A DNA stretch of 64,000 nt, from NCBI GenBank assembly GCA_021613535.1, contig CP075493.1:1860001-1924000 (forward strand), given 5' to 3'. The notes below the pieces were generated by a model that was not told where the DNA came from, ran no database searches, and worked only from the letters and a program-made list of their open reading frames with translations. A program made the position numbers and the translations under genes. Below are positions 52,208 through 64,000 of the stretch, piece by piece (the first letter of the stretch is position 1; each line of letters opens with the position of its first letter). This DNA comes from Adineta vaga (Eukaryota; Animalia; Rotifera).

Positions 52208-53266
52208 CAAAGAGTATAAATAACTAGATTTTTCGGCTCATTTAGGAATCATTCCATGCAATTCATAGTCACATACGTCAAGATTGTATTCCATCATAGT
52301 AAAATCAATTCTTATGTTTCTTTTCTTAAATTCTATTTCATAAATATACATACATTTGTATCTATGAGTAACAAATATTAAATCTTTATCTACTAGCAAT
52401 CATGTTTACGAATGCATTTTCAAGATCATCGTGTATATATTCGAGCTCGGTTCAGACAGCTACTCTAAAACTTGCTGAATAACATTGATCAGATATACAT
52501 ATTTAACCCACAATAAGCTTTGATGAATCTTTTGAAGTCACATCTAGTCGAATATTTTTTTGCGTGAGATGTCTATAATCACTTGCCAATGGATTCCGTG
52601 ATTATTATTTTGTTCTGTTTACCTATGTTCTTCAATAAATCATTGATCTAATTGAATTCAATGATATTTTATTAATCTATGTATTGAACACAAACAATTA
52701 TTTAATAAAATTATCAATCTTATTTCTTATTCATAGAAAAAGACATTCTTTTACGAAACTTTATTAATACGAACGGATTGAATACATATGGCTTATTTAA
52801 TTGCTCGAACAATTGCAAGGAATCTTTCATGAAAATTGATATTCTTTTCGTCCTTGACATGTCAATTTTTGAAAGTTATCGTTCATTCTCTAACATAATT
52901 CAATTTATCAAAGAATACTAACTGTTATTACGTTCAATATACTTCATTATGATTTGAAGTATCGTATAGAGTATAAGTAATATTTATCAGAGATTAATTC
53001 TAAAAAACAAACAAATGAAAGAAAGACATTGAATCTATAAATATTATCAAGAGATTTGATTTAGATGAAACAAAAAGAGAGAATTTTCTAACTTTCACAA
53101 CGAATATAATATATAGTTAATCAACGTCAGAGATGTTTCTAATCCCTCTAGAGAGATGATAAAAATGATTTGTTAATTAACTAAATCAATATGTACAAAA
53201 AATGGTATAAGAATCAAGACAAATAATATATATATATATATTGATATTGCACAGATAATAACTAAT

Positions 53267-53981
53267 TTATTGATTAAATGGTGAAACAATATCAGAAATA
53301 TAGGGATTTTTAAGAACACCTTCAACAAATTCATCTTTAGTTAATGAATGATCATTATTAACATCAATTAATGAAAAAACATCTTCAACACAACGTTCCG
53401 GTGGATATTCAACTTTTGATTTGCCTGATAAATCATACATTGCCGACATAACTCGTACCATTTCTTTTCGATCAATTGAATTATTTTTATCTTTATCATA
53501 AATTGCAAAGACATATTCCAATTTTTGTCGCATTGTACCCAATGATGTAATCGCATAACCACCTAGAAAAGAAAATGATTCTTTTCAAAAGACAAACTGA
53601 TTGATAACGAATGAAAAATAAACATACAAAGAAATTCTTCGAAATCAATTTTCCCATTCGAATCCCGATCGAATGCAGTAAAAATAAAATTAACAATTTC
53701 TTTCACTTTATCATCCGATTCCATACGTAATGAACGATAAAATTTAAAGAAATTCTTTCGATTCATTTTACCCGATTTACAAGCAGCAAAATATTGTTTT
53801 CTAAAGAAAATTTCAAGAACTTTTGTTTTTCTCGAAAGATTGACGAAAAAAACAATTCTACACATTGATTTATTTATACAAACCTCCATGCAATAATAAC
53901 TTCACGTTCTAAACCTGTTTCTTCTGTTAATTTATCCAATAGAGTTGGATCCAATGATGTTTTCGTTGTTTTATTTCCCAT
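53267..53981 (-). CDS. Neuronal calcium sensor / recoverin-family EF-hand protein
   Basis: MG myristoylation start (MGNKTTKT), EF hands 'FDRDSNGKIDFEEF', 'YDKDKNNSIDRKEM', 'IDVNNDHSLTKDEF'; 3 exons. Confidence 0.9.
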
Positions 53982-55605
53982 TTATTCAATAAAAACTAAA
54001 TAGACAAACAAAAGAACAACGATAACTTCTTTTTTTCTCTCGAAAACTAATAACTCAAAGCTCATGTTACTCTCTCTCTCTCTCTCTGCTAATTTAAGTG
54101 AAAAAAATAGATATATATGTAGAAGAAAAGCACGCAATACATAACGACTCATTCTTCTATCGTGTAGTTTTTCATTTTATAGTCTCGAACTCTGTATGCT
54201 CTTGCATAGTCTCTTGAGAAACTAGTACAGCATAACGTTACTTCTTCTTCTTCGTCTACTAGTCGTCTCAATATTAGTTTTAATCAAACATGACACATAC
54301 GAAACGAATATATTGTGACAGATCGATAGATCTATGTACCGAAGTAAAAAGAAAATAACTCTCTGACTGTTTGTTATTCTTTTGTTAAGAAGAGAAAGAA
54401 GAAGAAGAAAAAACTGATCTAATGGTGTGATTTTATCTTGTTAGAAAGTAGAGAAAAGCGAGTTTTCTTTTCATTAGTTTGCTTTTTCTTATTTATTCAA
54501 TGAATAAAAAATGATAAGAATGAAATAGAATGATTTTACAAAAAAGATTTTCTGTCAACAGATGAATATCGGAAGAAAACGATTGTCAATTATTGATTCT
54601 AATCAACTATTAGTACTAAACTAACATAAATTTGAACATTCGTGATCATATGATCGATTGAAGAAATTCATATCATCAATCATGACTTTCATCAATTGAT
54701 TTTTGTCAAGAATGAAGAAAAAACAACAACAACGAAATCAATTTCTTTTTCTTACTTTTACTTGTTGTATTGGATTGATTGTCTTTATTTGTTCTGATCA
54801 TTCGATGAAATATATCTTTGAAAAACAACTTGTCATTGTTATAGATTATTCTTTCTTGTCACTACGTTTTTCTTTTCGTTTCTTCTTGCTAGTTAAACAA
54901 TTGATGATTATCTTTCTCAAGAGATTTTCTTTTATTGTCTTTTTCTTTTTTGTTTCTTCAGAACAATAGATAATTGGAACCCAAGTTGTATTCCAAAGAC
55001 GTACATAGACAGAAACTAAAATTGATCAACTCATTGGAGATTTAATCTTTCTTATAATTATAAATTGTGACTAACTCATCTCATATACCTGACTATGTAT
55101 ATAATTCGAATTGATCATTAATATGAAAAATAACAAGAAAATATAAAAAGAAATCGTTGAGAATTATTGATTGACAAATGAATAGATAGAAGAATTATTA
55201 GATTGTTTAAGATTTTTCTTTGTTATCCGATTGATTCTTTTTTCTTTCGGAACAATAAATCTTTCTCTCTATTCTATTCTTTCTATGTTTAATATTCGAA
55301 TGTAATTTTCTTTTGTATTTGAAAAAAAAAAGAAACTGTTTAGATGTCAATTCATTTATCTTGTTTGAACAAAATGTATTTGAAATAAAAGGAAAACTTC
55401 GAAATTCTTCTTTCTAATCATGATAATGTATAGACAAATTACAATGGTGTTGACTTGCAAGATGATATTTGTTATGTGAATTGACAAGAAGAGACAAGTT
55501 ATTGATCGGATTAGAAGATATGTCTTGTCTCGACAATGTTTAAACGTGAATTAAGGATTGATTAGTAGAATCATTGATTTAAACACTTCTCATTGATCGA
55601 ACAAC

Positions 55606-57259
55606 ATGCAAACTATACTCGTACTTCTTCGTCTTGTATCTTTAATTTCCTTCACTTTTGCACATATTGGTAAATTTAGAAATGAAATTTTATTTCGTAA
55701 AACAAATTCTTTTGCATGATTATCTAATTAGGTTATTCAAGGAAAAGCTATTGTTTAGATGAAATTCCAAGTTCTATACTTTCTCTCGAATGTCCAAGTA
55801 ATCAATTAATTAAACTCGGTCGCATCATATATGGTTATTCTTGGACAAATGATTGTTCATATATTGATAAAGATTGTACAATGGATGTACCACGTGAAGA
55901 TATTATCTGTTTATCAACAAATAATTGTACAGTTCAAGTTGTTGAATATCCTTTAATCTTACAAGATTGTTGGAATTTAGCTGCATCTTATGTTCAAGCT
56001 GAATATGAATGTGTAGCAGGTAAAATAAAGACTATAGAGAATCTTTTAATTCTTATTGATGACCTTTGTAGATTATTCAATTGACGATATTTGTCAATCA
56101 CAAGATAGAACGTTCACTCATGGTTTTCTTGCAACACCAGGTTATCCAAATGGATTTCATTCGAATTTAAATTGTCCATGTACATTAACGGCATCATCTG
56201 GTCATTCTGTTGTTTTAGAAATTATCAATTTTCATTTACCAACTTGTGCAGAAGCTGGTCTAATTCTTTGGTTTGGACAAGATTTTCAAACGAAATGTTT
56301 AACACATAATCCAATTATATTAATTAGTACAGTTGATCAAAATGTGACACTTCGATTTTATTCATTAAAATCTATGAAACAAGGTGGATTCTTAATGAAA
56401 TATTCTGTTTCACCTGAATCAAAGAATGCTACAGTTCGATTACGATGTTATTCATCATTAAATGTTACTCAATCATTAATAACAAATACTTTATCAACGA
56501 TAAAATCTGCTTTAACAAATCAGAATACAGTTCAATCAGATAGTAAAAATGATTTCTATGTAACAAATTCATATGATCTTTCGAAAAAATTACGACGAGT
56601 AACATCAATAAATAACGCAAATAATGTGAGTTAAATAGGATGAGAATACAAATTAATTCTTTGTAATTTTTAGGGTATTTCATCTGTTAATAAACAGCAG
56701 ACATTTGAATATTTTAATCAATCTCTATACAAAACAAGTAATTGAAGTAATTCATCTTTTTTTTCTTCTCTATCTTTATGAATAGATTTATTACCGAATT
56801 CATCGCCACAACCTCGTTTAAATATGACTTTAATAATCATATTCATTGTTGCAATTGTTGTCTTTCTAATCGTTATTAATGTTCTTATTTGGTTTATGTG
56901 TACTTCTCGGTAAATTTCATATAAAAATAATTTCTTTCAAAATATAAAAATCATCTCTTAGATCCAAAAGTTCCAGATCAACTTCATCTCTTCAAAATCT
57001 TTATTCTCAACCAACAATTGGTAATAATGAACTAATCAATCCTTCGAATCGGCTGAAAACTCTTCATTCATTATTATATACCAATCCTAAAACAAGTAAT
57101 ATTGATCCACTTCCAACAAACTATCACCGTGAAATTGATTCCGTCTTATCCGAGTATCCAATTGCAACAAGTTCTCCATCAATCAATCCCGATCATGGTT
57201 TTATCATTAAATCTAAATCTGATCAAACACGACAAATTAATTCTTGGGATGATATTTAA
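55606..57259 (+). CDS. Type I membrane protein with SUEL-like lectin and CUB domains
   Basis: Signal peptide; 'LSLECPSNQLIKLGRIIYGY...SYVQAEYEC'; CUB 'GFLATPGYPNGFHSNLNCPCTL...GGFLMKY'; TM 'LIIIFIVAIVVFLIVINVLIWFMC'. Confidence 0.8.
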
Positions 57260-57413
57260 AATCTTTTATTTCTAACTCTCTTGCATGATAACACATACAC
57301 ATACACATGTGATCTCAATAGATAGAAGATTTGAAAATAAATGAACAGAAAGAGATATACACGAAATACAAACTGACAAATGAATGTATATGGACGTTAA
57401 ATTAACTTTTTTT

Positions 57414-58235
57414 CTAGAATGATTTACAAAGTGAAGTAATCATTTTCATTTCTGGACATTCAGTACATAATTTCATGATATTATCTAAACCAATTGTAGT
57501 CAGATGTGGATTATGTACACCAAATGGTCGAGGATGATACATAGTTTCAACAGAAAAATGTTTGGCAATGGAAATTGGTGCTACATAACCATTGAAATAT
57601 GGTAAATTCTTTGAAAACCATCCATCTTCATTTATACTATATAATCGAAATTGAACATAATTACTTTCAAGCATTTGAAGAATCTTATGTCGATTTCTTA
57701 TTGAAAGTCCACCGTTACAACAACCACCGTTATACCAAGGTGCACCAATAAAATCATATTCAAGAAAATCAGTTAAATTATATAAAGAATTCGAACAGAG
57801 AATGGAATCAATTTGAAAAAATAGAACCTTTTCACCTTGTACTTGATGCCAAAATGAAGCGGATGTTAAAACATGATTAATAAATTCTGTACTAGATAAT
57901 CCATTTCGTGATTCTTCTAATGAAGTTAGAAAAATTCGATTAGTTAAAATCAATGGATGAAGAGATGATTGATTATAGAACAACCAATGTTGAATTGGAA
58001 TTATAATTTGTACTTTCCAATCACTTGGAATATGTTGTAGAACATTGTGAACAACAGTTACAAGTGATTGAGTAGCACGATCATCGACAATAACAGCGAT
58101 ATAGGAATATTTACTTGTATAATTAAATGAAATATCGAAACGATAGGGAGAAAGTTGAATTACATTTACATAGATTATGATCATTAAAATACAAATAACA
58201 ACGATAAATAACCATGATAATCGTCTTGGTATCAT
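57414..58235 (-). CDS. DUF5672 (glycosyltransferase-like) type II membrane protein, intronless
   Basis: 'EKVLFFQIDSILC...FLEYDFIGAPW...NGGLSIRNR...EDGWFS...AKHFSVETMY...PFGVH' motif set; N-terminal TM. Confidence 0.82.
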   Translation of the reverse strand: MIPRRLSWLFIVVICILMIIIYVNVIQLSPYRFDISFNYTSKYSYIAVIVDDRATQSLVTVVHNVLQHIPSDWKVQIIIPIQHWLFYNQSSLHPLILTNRIFLTSLEESRNGLSSTEFINHVLTSASFWHQVQGEKVLFFQIDSILCSNSLYNLTDFLEYDFIGAPWYNGGCCNGGLSIRNRHKILQMLESNYVQFRLYSINEDGWFSKNLPYFNGYVAPISIAKHFSVETMYHPRPFGVHNPHLTTIGLDNIMKLCTECPEMKMITSLCKSF

Positions 58236-58755
58236 TGATTTGTATTCATCTAAAAAGATAAATTATAAATTTTTTCCTTTCATAGAAAATCTCATTCATT
58301 TATTGTCGAACAGTTGTATGAAAACTTTTACCTGAGAAATCAATCAATTTCTATAGCAGATTTTTATGTAAGAATAAAGATGTTAAATCAAGTGAAAAAT
58401 AAGACTGACGAACAATTTTTGGACGAACTGTTTGTCATTTTTACGATACAAAATAGTATTGTAACTTTCTCTTTTTGACCAGAAAATGGAAATTCTATAA
58501 GAATATTCTATTTCAATTTAACCTGTAGGACATTCTCCCTTTACTTCAGTTCTAATCTTTCTATTTTATATACTAATGAAAATATCACTTCGTACCGTTT
58601 CTTTTCATCTAATGTTCCACTAACCCGAGAGAAAAGATGCAGTTAAAATAAAAAAAGGCAACTAACATTTTCATTCCACTCGTGCACAGGGAATTCTGTA
58701 TGAACTCATTCAATATGACGATTAAATGACGTTAATAGGCTCGTAAATTGATGTG

Positions 58756-59633
58756 CATAGAGTGATCCAAAAGTTCCCGGAACTCTTCTTTACTTTCTTC
58801 AGGAAATGCTACTCCATCTATCTCTCTGCATCATCTATTCGAGGTTGTTGTCATTATATTATACACAAAGTTTCATCGTATTCATTCACTCTTACTGTAT
58901 TTTTTCTCACTAAACAATATGCATTGAAATATGTACTGGTTATTGATGAAATTTTAGTAATGTTTTCTGATCTCCCAAAAAGTCAAGGAATAGTTAGAGA
59001 AAACAGATTTCTAGTGATTTAATAAGTAGTTGATAGGCTTAGTTTAATCACAACAATGTGTAATGAAAATATGATCCAGAATAAGGTTAACAAAAGAAGC
59101 AGTTTCTTCAAGCGACATTCATTACTGTAACCAAAGTAAAAATAACTAGATTTGCTAATATTCTTAAGATTTTGAATCTTATTTATCAGAAAGTACTTCT
59201 CAATGCAATTCTTAATAGTATCCATATCAGTTATCAACGTTAATATTGTTACATCAAAGATCATAGAATAAAAAAGTATCCAAATGGTTAGTTTTATGAC
59301 TTTTTGAAATGATTATTTTTTTATCAACATATGAAATAACATTATTATTTACTCAAAAGTGACCAGAAAAGTAACGAAAGTTCGCTAACCATATTTATCT
59401 TGCATCAGACTATCATACTCTTGCTTGTTAAAATCAATTCAAGTTAAGCTTTATTGAATATCAGCTATAACATTTATAGTGAGAAAAAATACCTTAAGAG
59501 TGAATGAATAAGATAAAAATTTGTGTATAATATAATGACAACAACCTCGAATATATGATGCAGAGAGATAGATGGAATATCATTTCCTGAATAAAATAAA
59601 GGAGAGTTCCGGGAACTTTTCGATCACCCTATG
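58756..59633. mobile_element. ~880-bp Tc1/mariner-like MITE
   Basis: >110-bp TIRs CATAGAGTGATCCAAAAGTTCCCGGAACTC...TTATACACAAA / TTTGTGTATAA...GAGTTCCGGGAACTTTTCGATCACCCTATG. Confidence 0.88.
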
Positions 59634-60109
59634 TAGATGTTTGAAAGAAGAAACTTATAATTGCATTGTATTAATAAATTATAGATCAGAATAAGCATAT
59701 ATAAATATTTGAGATTAAGATAAGCTTCTTTTTTTTTTATTAAAAAATTCATTGTAAACTTCACTTAGAAAGCAATTTTGTTCTAATGTAATACACAATC
59801 TTATATCATTATTCTGACATACTTGTAACTTTTTCTCTCAGTATTATGAAGGTTGTAAACAGTACTTTATATTAATGACAATTTGAATAGAAGAAAAGAA
59901 ATCTGGATACCTATTGATTTATGTATATGTAGTGTTTCTAATTGCAAGTGTACCAAGCAAACACAAAATGTACAGAACACCTGTTGTTCTCAATATAATA
60001 ATCTTCCAGTTATATAAGTTGCTTCCTTTATTCTTGATTTTGAACGAAAAACTTCTAATATGCACATGTACAAAATTCGTCGCTTTCACCTATTCCATAA
60101 CCACCTAAG

Positions 60110-60420
60110 TAAATCACGTATATCTCTGACCTCTATTGAATCGAACGCGACTGCAATGACTCATAATTCTTGTTTTTTGTATCTAACCAATGAAATGTTA
60201 GCTGGCGTAAAGTGACGTGGAAGCTTCTGGTTCCTTCCTTTCCTCATGTATTGCATTAGAAACTTTGCTTTTTTCTGTCCCATTGACGTTGACGTTTTAA
60301 TCATTCTCTTTTTGTCATTCTCCTTTGCATTCATTTAAGACTATTTTTTACAGATTGATACACGCACAAAAATTTCACAAACAATGGCCTGCTGTTAACT
60401 TTTTTTCTGCGCAATGACGC
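60110..60420 (+). promoter_or_regulatory. ATF6 promoter with UPRE and CRE/AP-1-type bZIP sites
   Basis: TGACGTGG at 60213-60220, TGACTCA 60157-60163, CCAAT 60187, tandem TGACGT ~60284-60295, TGACGC ~60415. Confidence 0.45.
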
Positions 60421-60530
60421 ATTTGTCTCGTTTATACGTAAGATTATACTGATAAGAAAACATCATACTTTTTCTTTTTGTTCTTTTAGTATAATATCAT
60501 TTGTACGAAGAAATTGAAAAGATATTAAAA

Positions 60531-62919
60531 ATGAATACGGAAGTATTTGATTACGCACCTTTTCTTGATGGTTTTGAAAATGTCGATACATTTTCTAATC
60601 ATACAGTAGGAATTGAAAACGAAGAATTTTCGTTTTATTAGATTCTTTTGGTTTATTTAGACATCACCAGTTTCATCATTATCGGAAAACGACAGGGACA
60701 GTGGTGTCGGTTGTACACCACCAATGACTTTAGAAATGGATAATACAGTTATTGATTTCGATAATCTTGGTAAATTGACAGGAAATGTATAAAGTAAAGA
60801 ATTATAATTAAGAATATTTAGATCTTTTTCCAATAAATATGGAAAGTGTATTATCGGACGATCCAGAAGAGGATTTTAAACGGTTTCTTGATGAATTCAG
60901 TGGAGAAGTAAGTAGAAAATGAATTAAGAATTATTTTCTATTTTAATCATTGTAGAATCCAACAGTATCCGTTGATAGTTCACTCTATGAAAATCTATTT
61001 ACCGTTCCATCAGTTCCACCAAGTCAAGAAACACTTCAACAAGTAATATCTTTCATTATATACAAAACAAAGAAAAAAACAAATTCGAACTTTCACTTCT
61101 CTTTTTCAGTTATCCCCTTCACCACCAGTCCCATCACCACCTTCAACAAATATTACTCCCATAACAAATTTTATTCGGATTCCATCATTCACTCCTCAAC
61201 TTGCAAATGGAATGAGAATTATTCAATGCGAACCGAAAAATCCCAATCGAACTATTACAATTATTAAAACATCGAAACCGATTACTCTTTCAACTCCATC
61301 TACCAGCGCATTACCAATCACAACAAATGATTCAGTTCTCAAACCAATTAATTCTATCACACCACCACCACCACCACCTACAAAACGACGTCGTTCGGAT
61401 AGTTCATCCGAACAACAACAACAACAACTATGGGAAGTGCCAAGTGCAACGATTGAACAATTAAAACTTCAATATGGAAATCTGAGTGTAAAGAAAATAG
61501 AAGAATTTCGTTTCTTTCTCTATTAATATTTTGTTCTTTGTTATAGGATGAAGCATTAAAGAAACATATTCGTATGATTAAAAATCGTGAATCAGCATCA
61601 CTTTCACGTAAACGACGAAAAGAATTAATGGAAAATCTTGATGTTACAAATAAACAATTAAAAGATGAAAATGAACAATTAAAACAAGAAAATTCAAAAT
61701 TATTAATTCGTATTCATACATTAGAAATGGAGGTTTGTTTTCAATCAATTTATCTTCATAATCAGAAAATAATTCGTTTTGTCTTCTAGAATAAACTTTT
61801 AAAACAGTATTCTATTGGTAATCCTCCAGCACGAAAACCATTGATACTTATGGGTATTGTCCTTCTTGTTATATTCGCTCCTTTTGCATTAAAGTAAGTG
61901 ATACATTCAACTTGGTATTTAATAATACAATTCTTTTCTTTCTATTAGATCTCGTGCACCTATTTCAAATGATCTATCAAATTCAATAGAATTATATAAT
62001 AATGAAGCTGCTGTTATTCCTAGTCGTACAATTCTTAGTAATAGTCGTAGTATGAGTCAAAATTCTTATTCAACCAATAGTGATTATGATTATGGACCGA
62101 ATGGAAATACGAATATGCCAGCTTATCCTTATATACAATGTGTAGCTTATATAAACAAAACTCATTCACAAAGGTAAAGATTTAGTAGGAATTTTCCATG
62201 AAATTTTATTTTATTTTTTCTAATAGAATCAATCAAGATCTTCGTTCATGGGTACAAGATCATTCTGAAAAACAACAAAATACGCAACCTGTAATTATTC
62301 CTGATCCAAAATCTCTTACAATTAAATCGAATTCTGTCGTTGAACCTTTACATCATACAACAAGAAAAGTTGCTCGACAAACAAAGTGTGTATTGAAATT
62401 TTTTGAGAGAAATTTTTTGAAAATTCTTTACTAAATTTAGAATACAAACGGATAATAAAGGTCAACTTCAACCATATAAAACATATGAAGCTAATTATGA
62501 TGATTTTATTCATTCATTGGATCGAAAAAACGATACATTATATTTTGTTTCCTTCAAACGAGTATGTCATTACTTTCGATTGTAAATTTTCAATAAATTC
62601 GTTCTTCTCTATTTTCAGGATCATCTCATTCTCCCAGCTAATATACAAAACCAAACTCAACGACCAAAAATGTCCTTGATATTACCAGCATCAATGGCCA
62701 ATTTGAATAGTATGTTGCAAATATTCTATTCTTATTTTATTTCACATATATTTCATTTTAGAATCGATTCATGTTCCAACAAATCATGTTCCAATGATTA
62801 AAATCGATTGTGAAGTTGAAGATACCAAACTTGTTTTTGTTAAACGTACTCACATACCTTCATCGTATAGAAATGACTTATTCGAATATTATTCATCGGT
62901 ATCACAAACGACGATTTAA
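60531..62919 (+). CDS. ATF6: ATF6 (membrane-bound bZIP UPR transcription factor), multi-exon
   Basis: bZIP 'RMIKNRESASLSRKRRKE', TM segment, RxxL S1P-like site 'RTIL', luminal 'YINKTHSQRINQDLRSWV', 'DTLYFVSFKRDHLILPA...RPKMSLILPA', 'IKIDCEVEDT'. Confidence 0.93.
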
Positions 62920-63388
62920 TCTGAATGTATAGTTGTTCAAATTTACTCTCTCATTTGTTTTATCCCTGAAAAAGACAACATGTATCGTTTTCAAATAATT
63001 CTTCTTCTTTGTTTTTTCTTGATCTAATGAACTGTATATTATATATACATTTATATGTATTCAGTTTTTGTGTTTATATTTTTATTTAAAAAATAACGTT
63101 TTGCCCGCTATTTTTTTTCTTTTACTTTATTTTTATCAATCGAAAAGGATTCAGACATCTATTGCAAGTATGCAGCTGTGACGATCATGAGAATGTGTAT
63201 TAGGTACATTCGATATGTTACGACAACAAGGGGTTAAAGGTCATATTCATTTCAACATAGTTCTGTTTCTTTTTTTTTTATCACAAACCATTTGTTTTCA
63301 CGAGATTAACGTATTCATCTTATATAAAAACAGACGTAAATAATGGCATATATTTCATTTTTTCTTCTCTATTCCAAGATTTCTTTCC

Positions 63389-64000
63389 ATGGCTAATACA
63401 CTTGACGAACTTCGTCAATCAACAATTATTGTTGCTGATACAGGTGATTTTGAATCTCTGAAAAAATATCAACCAACTGATGCAACAACGAATCCTTCAT
63501 TGATATTATCTGCAGCTAATATGAAACAATATGATCATATTATTGAAGATGTTATTAACAAATGTCGAGAAAAACATGGTTCAACATCGAATGAACAAGC
63601 AATTATTGATGATATTATGGATAATGTATTTGTTCGATTTGGTGAAGAAATTTTGAAAATTATTCCTGGACGTGTTTCAACTGAAGTTGATGCACGTCTT
63701 TCCTTTGATCGTGAAGGACAAATGAATAAAGCTCGACATTTAATTGAATTATATGAGAAACATGGTATATCAAAAGATCGAATTTTAATTAAATTATCAT
63801 CGACATGGGAAGGTATTCAAGCTGCAAAAGAATTAGAAGCAAAATATGGTATACATTGTAATATGACTTTGATCTTTTCATTTGCCCAAGCATTGGCATG
63901 TGCTGATGCTCAAGTCACATTGATATCACCATTTGTCGGACGAATTTATGATTGGTATATTGAGAAAAAAGGTAAACGTGATTATGAAATTGAAGCAGAT
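63389..64000 (+). CDS. TALDO1: Transaldolase (5' part, runs off window)
   Basis: 'IVADTGDF', '[10 protein letters not shown]', '[16 protein letters not shown]', '[16 protein letters not shown]', '[11 protein letters not shown]'. Confidence 0.96.
   Translation, partial: MANTLDELRQSTIIVADTGDFESLKKYQPTDATTNPSLILSAANMKQYDHIIEDVINKCREKHGSTSNEQAIIDDIMDNVFVRFGEEILKIIPGRVSTEVDARLSFDREGQMNKARHLIELYEKHGISKDRILIKLSSTWEGIQAAKELEAKYGIHCNMTLIFSFAQALACADAQVTLISPFVGRIYDWYIEKKGKRDYEIEAD

Noticed and set aside
63389-64000. Intronless transaldolase as bacterial HGT
   Set aside because: KLSSTWEG and GIHCNMTL match the animal TALDO1 type as I recall it; lack of introns alone is insufficient.

Overview
AT-rich, gene-dense eukaryotic DNA with many 50-65 nt GT-AG introns. 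The F-box/LRR gene types, TA-targeting MITEs and a DUF5672 gene suggest a bdelloid rotifer (inference, no search run). Conserved genes: TIM44, STAMBP/AMSH, VMP1, MEK1/2, TCP11-like, an NCS/recoverin-type EF-hand protein, ATF6 and transaldolase (partial). Also present: a secreted/GPI LRR protein, a degenerate JmjC+2xRRM gene, two tandem insulin-like peptide genes with an extra N-terminal module, a multi-C2H2 zinc-finger gene, a 3xIg protein and a SUEL/CUB membrane protein. Between ~17.7 and ~29.2 kb lies an island of pseudogenes and MITEs. It is bracketed by a direct duplication of the VMP1 locus, and in the second copy VMP1 is replaced by a foldback MITE. The most striking feature, largely missed by the ORF track, is an F-box gene in this island (22221-24089). 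Its LRR domain is a ~141-bp tandem array of 84-nt phase-0 exons with near-identical introns, and variation concentrates on the predicted ligand-facing LRR codons. This makes it a candidate modular, diversifying recognition receptor. All alignments and translations were done by eye.
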